29,969 nucleotides of DNA, from positions 1 to 29,969 of IMG/VR virus record IMGVR_UViG_3300020352_000024; one strand, given 5' to 3'. This DNA is from a virus (taxonomy: Duplodnaviria; Caudoviricetes). The position numbers and the translations under genes were made by a program. Of this stretch, positions 26,068 to 29,969 are shown piece by piece (position 1 is the first letter of the stretch; each line of letters begins with the position of its first letter). Below the pieces are notes generated by a model. The model made no database searches, was not told the DNA's origin, and saw only the letters and a list, made by a program, of their open reading frames with translations.

Positions 26068-29000
26068 ATGACTGTTAAGTTTACGAACAACGCCAGCACG
26101 ACAGTAGGCACAGGTATAAACGCATCAGCGACCTCGTTGACGGTTGCGTCTGCTTCCTCGTTCCCTTCATTGTCAGGCGCTGATGACTACTGCTACTTAA
26201 CCATCCAAGGGGCGACAAACACCGCCCGTGAAGTGGTTAAGGCTACGGCGTTGTCGAGTAACACTTTCACAATCGTAAGAGCACAAGACAATACCTCTGC
26301 TGGCACTTGGTCAGCAGGGGATATTGTCGAACTAAGAATGACGGCTGCACTTTTGACTGATGTCATTGATGCGGCAACAGTGGAAGGGGTGAAGACTAAT
26401 TACCAGTACACCCCTACTGCTGGTCAGACAGTTTTTTCGGGAGCCGATAACGCTTCAGCCACCATGATCATTAACCAAGCAGCACTTGTTTCGGTTTACA
26501 TGAACGGTGTTCGATTGGTGCAAGGCACGGACTACAGTGTTTCTTCAGCCAACAACACGGTGACGTTAGGCGTTGGTGCAACCACTGCTGACATCATTGA
26601 TATTGAGGTTTACGGCAACTTTGTCGGTCAGTCTGGTGCGGCGGTTGGTATCACGGGCGGCTCAATTACCGGCACTGCGATAACAGCAACGACGCTCGGT
26701 GCTACTGGCACAGCCACCCTAAACACGCTCGTAAGTAACAACGCTACGATATCGGGCGGTTCACTTGACGGTGTAACGATTGGCGGCACTACCCGTGGGG
26801 CTATCTCGGGTAACGCGATCAGCGGGACTAGCTTTGCGTCTACTGGCAATATGACGTTCGGTGATAACGACATGGCCATCTTCGGCGATGGCAGCGATTT
26901 TGAGATTTATTTTAATGGCAACCACGGAGTTATGAGAACTGCCAGCGCAAGTGTAGGCGGAAACATTTACATCCAAGACGATAACAATATTGTCTTGGGC
27001 AGTATAGGCGGCGAAAATTATTTAAATGCTGCTAAAGACGGCGCAGTCACTCTTTATTACGATAACGCAGCCAAACTAGCCACCACCGCCTCAGGCATAG
27101 ACATCACGGGTACTGCCACGATGGATGGGCTTACTGTCAGTGCTTCTGCGACTGACTTTGAAGGTGTTCAGATCCTAAACACAAACACGGCTGCATCGCC
27201 TACAACAGCTTCAATTTTGCTAGGGGTTACCAACTCAGTTAGAACGGTAAATACAAAAATACAAGCTATTGAAGGTGGTAGTGATGCAAACGAAACCGAC
27301 TTAGCTTTTTTTACTAACACTGGCGGGAACGTACTAACTAAAGCTATGACGATTGATTCGTCTCAAAACGTGGGTATTGGTACGGATTCGCCTGCTATAG
27401 GTGGTGGACGTACTTATAATGTTGCCTTAACCATTGACGGTGGGGTAAGTGGTAGTCTTGAAGACACTGGTGCTTTAGAAGTTGGAGGCTCTACAAGTGT
27501 TAATGACAGGCTTGTAGGAAGTATCTCTTATTTTAATCGAGACAATAGTGGTGCAGGCGCTACAACCAGAAGGCAAGTAGCAATTATTGAAGCCAGAAGC
27601 GTCACGTCAGACAGTAACGCTGGAGATGATTCTGGAGCTAACCTGACGTTTAGCACTAAATCAGAAGGTGGTTCAGTCGCAGAACGCCTCCGCATATCCG
27701 CCTCAGGCAACGCGGGTCTTGGTGTCGTGCCCTCTGCTTGGCATGCTTCTTGGAAAGCATTGCAAATAGGGCCGATTGGTTTTGTCGGTTCATATCAAGC
27801 AGGCACTACTGACATCACGGCCCTAGGCACGAACGTCTACTCAGATGGCGCATATAAATACATAGAAACCGATGAAGCTGTTATTTATAAACAGCAAAAC
27901 GGCGAACACATTTTTGATGTAGCCGCATCAGGTTCAGCAGACGCAGCAATAAGCTGGACTACTGCTATGACCATTTCTAATGCAGGCAACGTGGGTCTTG
28001 GGGTGGCTCCGCCAGCGTGGGGATCATCTTATTTAGCCCTAACAGTAGGTACTGCTGGCGCATTCTGGGCATCTAAAACTGGCGCTTCTCTAACAGCAAT
28101 GAGCGACAACAGCTATCTTGATGGTAGTGTTTATAAAGCCAGAAACACTGGCGCGGGGGCAATGTTTTTTCAAAGTGCTGGCGCACACGTTTGGCGTAAC
28201 TTTGCAAGCGTAAGTGCTGGGGCGACTCAGGTAGCCGTTAATGCCATGACGCTGGATGCTTCAGGCAACCTAGGTATTTCAAATAGTATTGCCAGCGATT
28301 TTAACGCGGGTGCTAATACGCTGGTCGTGGGTTCTGGCTCTGGCAGCAAAGGCATGACAATCTACGGGAGTACGCAAAGTAACATATTCTTCGCGGACGG
28401 CACAGCAGGTACAGCCGCTTATATCGGAAGAATTGAGTATTCGCATAGTGCTGATTCAATGGCGTTCTACGTCAACAACTCACCCGCAATGACCATAGGC
28501 TCATCAGGCAACTTGATCGTCTCAGGCACTTCAGCTGGGGACGCAACATCAGTTGCATTGCACAACGGTGGTTATGTTCACGCAGTTTCTTCTCACCAAA
28601 TGGCGGGTATTTTCGACCGAAGAGATTCTGATGGCGACATTCTTGTATTTAGAAAGGATGGTTCAGGAACAGCAGTCGGTAATATTGGTACTAAATCTGG
28701 TGATATGTATGTAGGGACAGGAAACACTACGCTGCGTTTCAACGACGCTGATGACGCAATTCATGCTGGCGGCGGTAATGGAAATGGTACTAATAATGGC
28801 ACGGATCTTGGGTCTGCTCTTTATAATTTTGGAGACCTCTACCTGTCAGGTGGTGCATACCTAGGCGGTACGGCAGCAGCCAACAAGCTGGATGACTATG
28901 AGGAAGGGACTTGGACTCCTGTTATCAAAGAAAGTAATGGGTCAGGAACAACTTTAGTTCTTTCTTCTTCTTCAGGTTCATATACTAAATTCGGTAAAAC

Positions 29001-29277
29001 AGTCACGATTACTGGATATTTCATAAGAAATGACACTACATCCTTAACAGGAGCCTTGGTTATTTCAAATTTACCTTTTACTCAAGCTGGTGGTCCTCAA
29101 ACTGGGGGATCTATTTGGGTTGATAACGCAACGTCTGATGTGCTTGGGCTGGCTTATGGAAACAACGGGTCACTTTGTTACTGGAGAAGTATTCCTGATC
29201 CCAATAACTACATTGCAATAAGCCAGTTTGAAAACCTACGCTCAATTTATTTTTCAAGAACTTACATAACAACATAA
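26068..29277 (+). CDS. Tail fibre protein (1069 aa)
   Basis: N-terminal FTNNA...VRAQDNTSA..W..GD.VELR.TA anchor; repeated GNVG(I/L)G modules; C-terminal NKLDDYEEGTWTP..YTKFG..V domain. Confidence 0.9.
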   Translation: MTVKFTNNASTTVGTGINASATSLTVASASSFPSLSGADDYCYLTIQGATNTAREVVKATALSSNTFTIVRAQDNTSAGTWSAGDIVELRMTAALLTDVIDAATVEGVKTNYQYTPTAGQTVFSGADNASATMIINQAALVSVYMNGVRLVQGTDYSVSSANNTVTLGVGATTADIIDIEVYGNFVGQSGAAVGITGGSITGTAITATTLGATGTATLNTLVSNNATISGGSLDGVTIGGTTRGAISGNAISGTSFASTGNMTFGDNDMAIFGDGSDFEIYFNGNHGVMRTASASVGGNIYIQDDNNIVLGSIGGENYLNAAKDGAVTLYYDNAAKLATTASGIDITGTATMDGLTVSASATDFEGVQILNTNTAASPTTASILLGVTNSVRTVNTKIQAIEGGSDANETDLAFFTNTGGNVLTKAMTIDSSQNVGIGTDSPAIGGGRTYNVALTIDGGVSGSLEDTGALEVGGSTSVNDRLVGSISYFNRDNSGAGATTRRQVAIIEARSVTSDSNAGDDSGANLTFSTKSEGGSVAERLRISASGNAGLGVVPSAWHASWKALQIGPIGFVGSYQAGTTDITALGTNVYSDGAYKYIETDEAVIYKQQNGEHIFDVAASGSADAAISWTTAMTISNAGNVGLGVAPPAWGSSYLALTVGTAGAFWASKTGASLTAMSDNSYLDGSVYKARNTGAGAMFFQSAGAHVWRNFASVSAGATQVAVNAMTLDASGNLGISNSIASDFNAGANTLVVGSGSGSKGMTIYGSTQSNIFFADGTAGTAAYIGRIEYSHSADSMAFYVNNSPAMTIGSSGNLIVSGTSAGDATSVALHNGGYVHAVSSHQMAGIFDRRDSDGDILVFRKDGSGTAVGNIGTKSGDMYVGTGNTTLRFNDADDAIHAGGGNGNGTNNGTDLGSALYNFGDLYLSGGAYLGGTAAANKLDDYEEGTWTPVIKESNGSGTTLVLSSSSGSYTKFGKTVTITGYFIRNDTTSLTGALVISNLPFTQAGGPQTGGSIWVDNATSDVLGLAYGNNGSLCYWRSIPDPNNYIAISQFENLRSIYFSRTYITT

Positions 29278-29332
29278 GAACCATACGTCTATTGGATAGT
29301 AGGCGCAGACAGTCCAACCATAGGAGATAAAA

Positions 29333-29590
29333 ATGGCATTAACAGAAGAACAACTGAACGACAAGATTGAAGTAGTCAGTCAAGGCTCTTGGTCATGCGT
29401 TCAAGTCAGAACAGCAACAGTTATCAAGCGGGACGGTGATGAGATTTCACGATCATTCCATCGCCACGTTGTAATGCCTGACGCTGACCTAACGCCAGAA
29501 GGCAATGACGTTTCGGTAATCTGTAGCGTTGTTTTTACCCAAGCATGTAAAGACGCATACGCTGCACACATAGCATCTACTGCACCCTAG
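29333..29590 (+). CDS. Tail-fibre-associated small protein (putative assembly chaperone)
   Basis: DKIEVV..VQVRTATVIKRDG.EISRSFHRHV; AGGAG RBS; this type typically follows DYEEGTWTP fibres. Confidence 0.75.
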   Translation: MALTEEQLNDKIEVVSQGSWSCVQVRTATVIKRDGDEISRSFHRHVVMPDADLTPEGNDVSVICSVVFTQACKDAYAAHIASTAP

Positions 29591-29600
29591 GAGACACTGA

Positions 29601-29969
29601 ATGAGTAAGGCGCGCGAACTAGCTGAATTAAGCCGCACGGTATCTGACTCCGCTGATGCTACCGCGATCACTATCAACAGTAGTGAAGAAGTAACCTTCG
29701 CGGATGACATATTTCTGGCTGACGGAAAGAAAGCCATCTTCGGAGCTGGCTCAGACCTACAGATTTGGCATGATGGGCTTCATGCAAGGTTACGAGAAAC
29801 TACTGGTGATTTTAGAATACAAACAACTTCAGGCGGCGTTAACGCATTAGTCGCCAAGCAAAATGCCGAAGTTGAGATTACACATGCAGGTTCAACTAAA
29901 CTAGCCACCAGCGCCACAGGAATTCAAGTCACGGGAGACATAGCAAATGCCTCTGGCGACCTAACCCTA
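29601..29969 (+). CDS. Second tail fibre protein, 3'-truncated
   Basis: Not in the ORF track. AGGAG RBS; MSKARELAELSRTVSDSADATAITINSSEEVTFADDIFLADGKKAIFGAGSDLQIWHDG...KLATSATGIQVTG; open to the window end. Confidence 0.85.
   Translation, partial: MSKARELAELSRTVSDSADATAITINSSEEVTFADDIFLADGKKAIFGAGSDLQIWHDGLHARLRETTGDFRIQTTSGGVNALVAKQNAEVEITHAGSTKLATSATGIQVTGDIANASGDLTL

Noticed and set aside
4364-29737. Numerous antisense and alternative-frame ORFs in the ORF track (e.g. 5068-5496, 5713-6123, 7748-8206, 20619-21005, 22206-22577)
   Set aside because: They are nested in well-supported genes and have no recognisable motifs; treated as shadow ORFs.
1-29969. tRNA genes, integrase/att sites, introns/inteins, DGR elements or an alternative genetic code
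   Set aside because: No cloverleaf, recombinase, reverse transcriptase or interrupted conserved gene was seen; all major ORFs read intact in the standard code.

Overview
This window is part of a tailed dsDNA phage genome with podovirus-like gene order, probably a marine proteobacterial phage (host not determinable from the sequence). Positions 1 to ~4000 hold a leftward cluster of small early-type genes, ending at the window edge in a truncated beta-grasp (ubiquitin-like, ThiS/MoaD-type) protein. This arm also contains a symmetric 12-copy inverted iteron array (putative replication origin) and three copies of a conserved C-GGA-G triloop hairpin element in front of leftward genes. A strand switch at ~4030-4235 has a G-rich tract and phased T-tracts (possible pac site or genome end). 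From 4236 onward a rightward morphogenesis operon encodes an HNH-like nuclease, TerS, TerL, portal, scaffold, three very basic small proteins, a small membrane protein, and a structured leader before an N4-gp56/DUF4043-like major capsid. It continues with adaptors, a GNAT-like protein, four ejection/internal proteins (the largest 1826 aa with a zincin HExxH motif), tail proteins and two tail fibres. A 17-bp palindrome, TATTAG-N5-CTAATA, recurs in seven gene-start regions in both arms. Family calls rest on motif recognition and synteny only; no searches were run.
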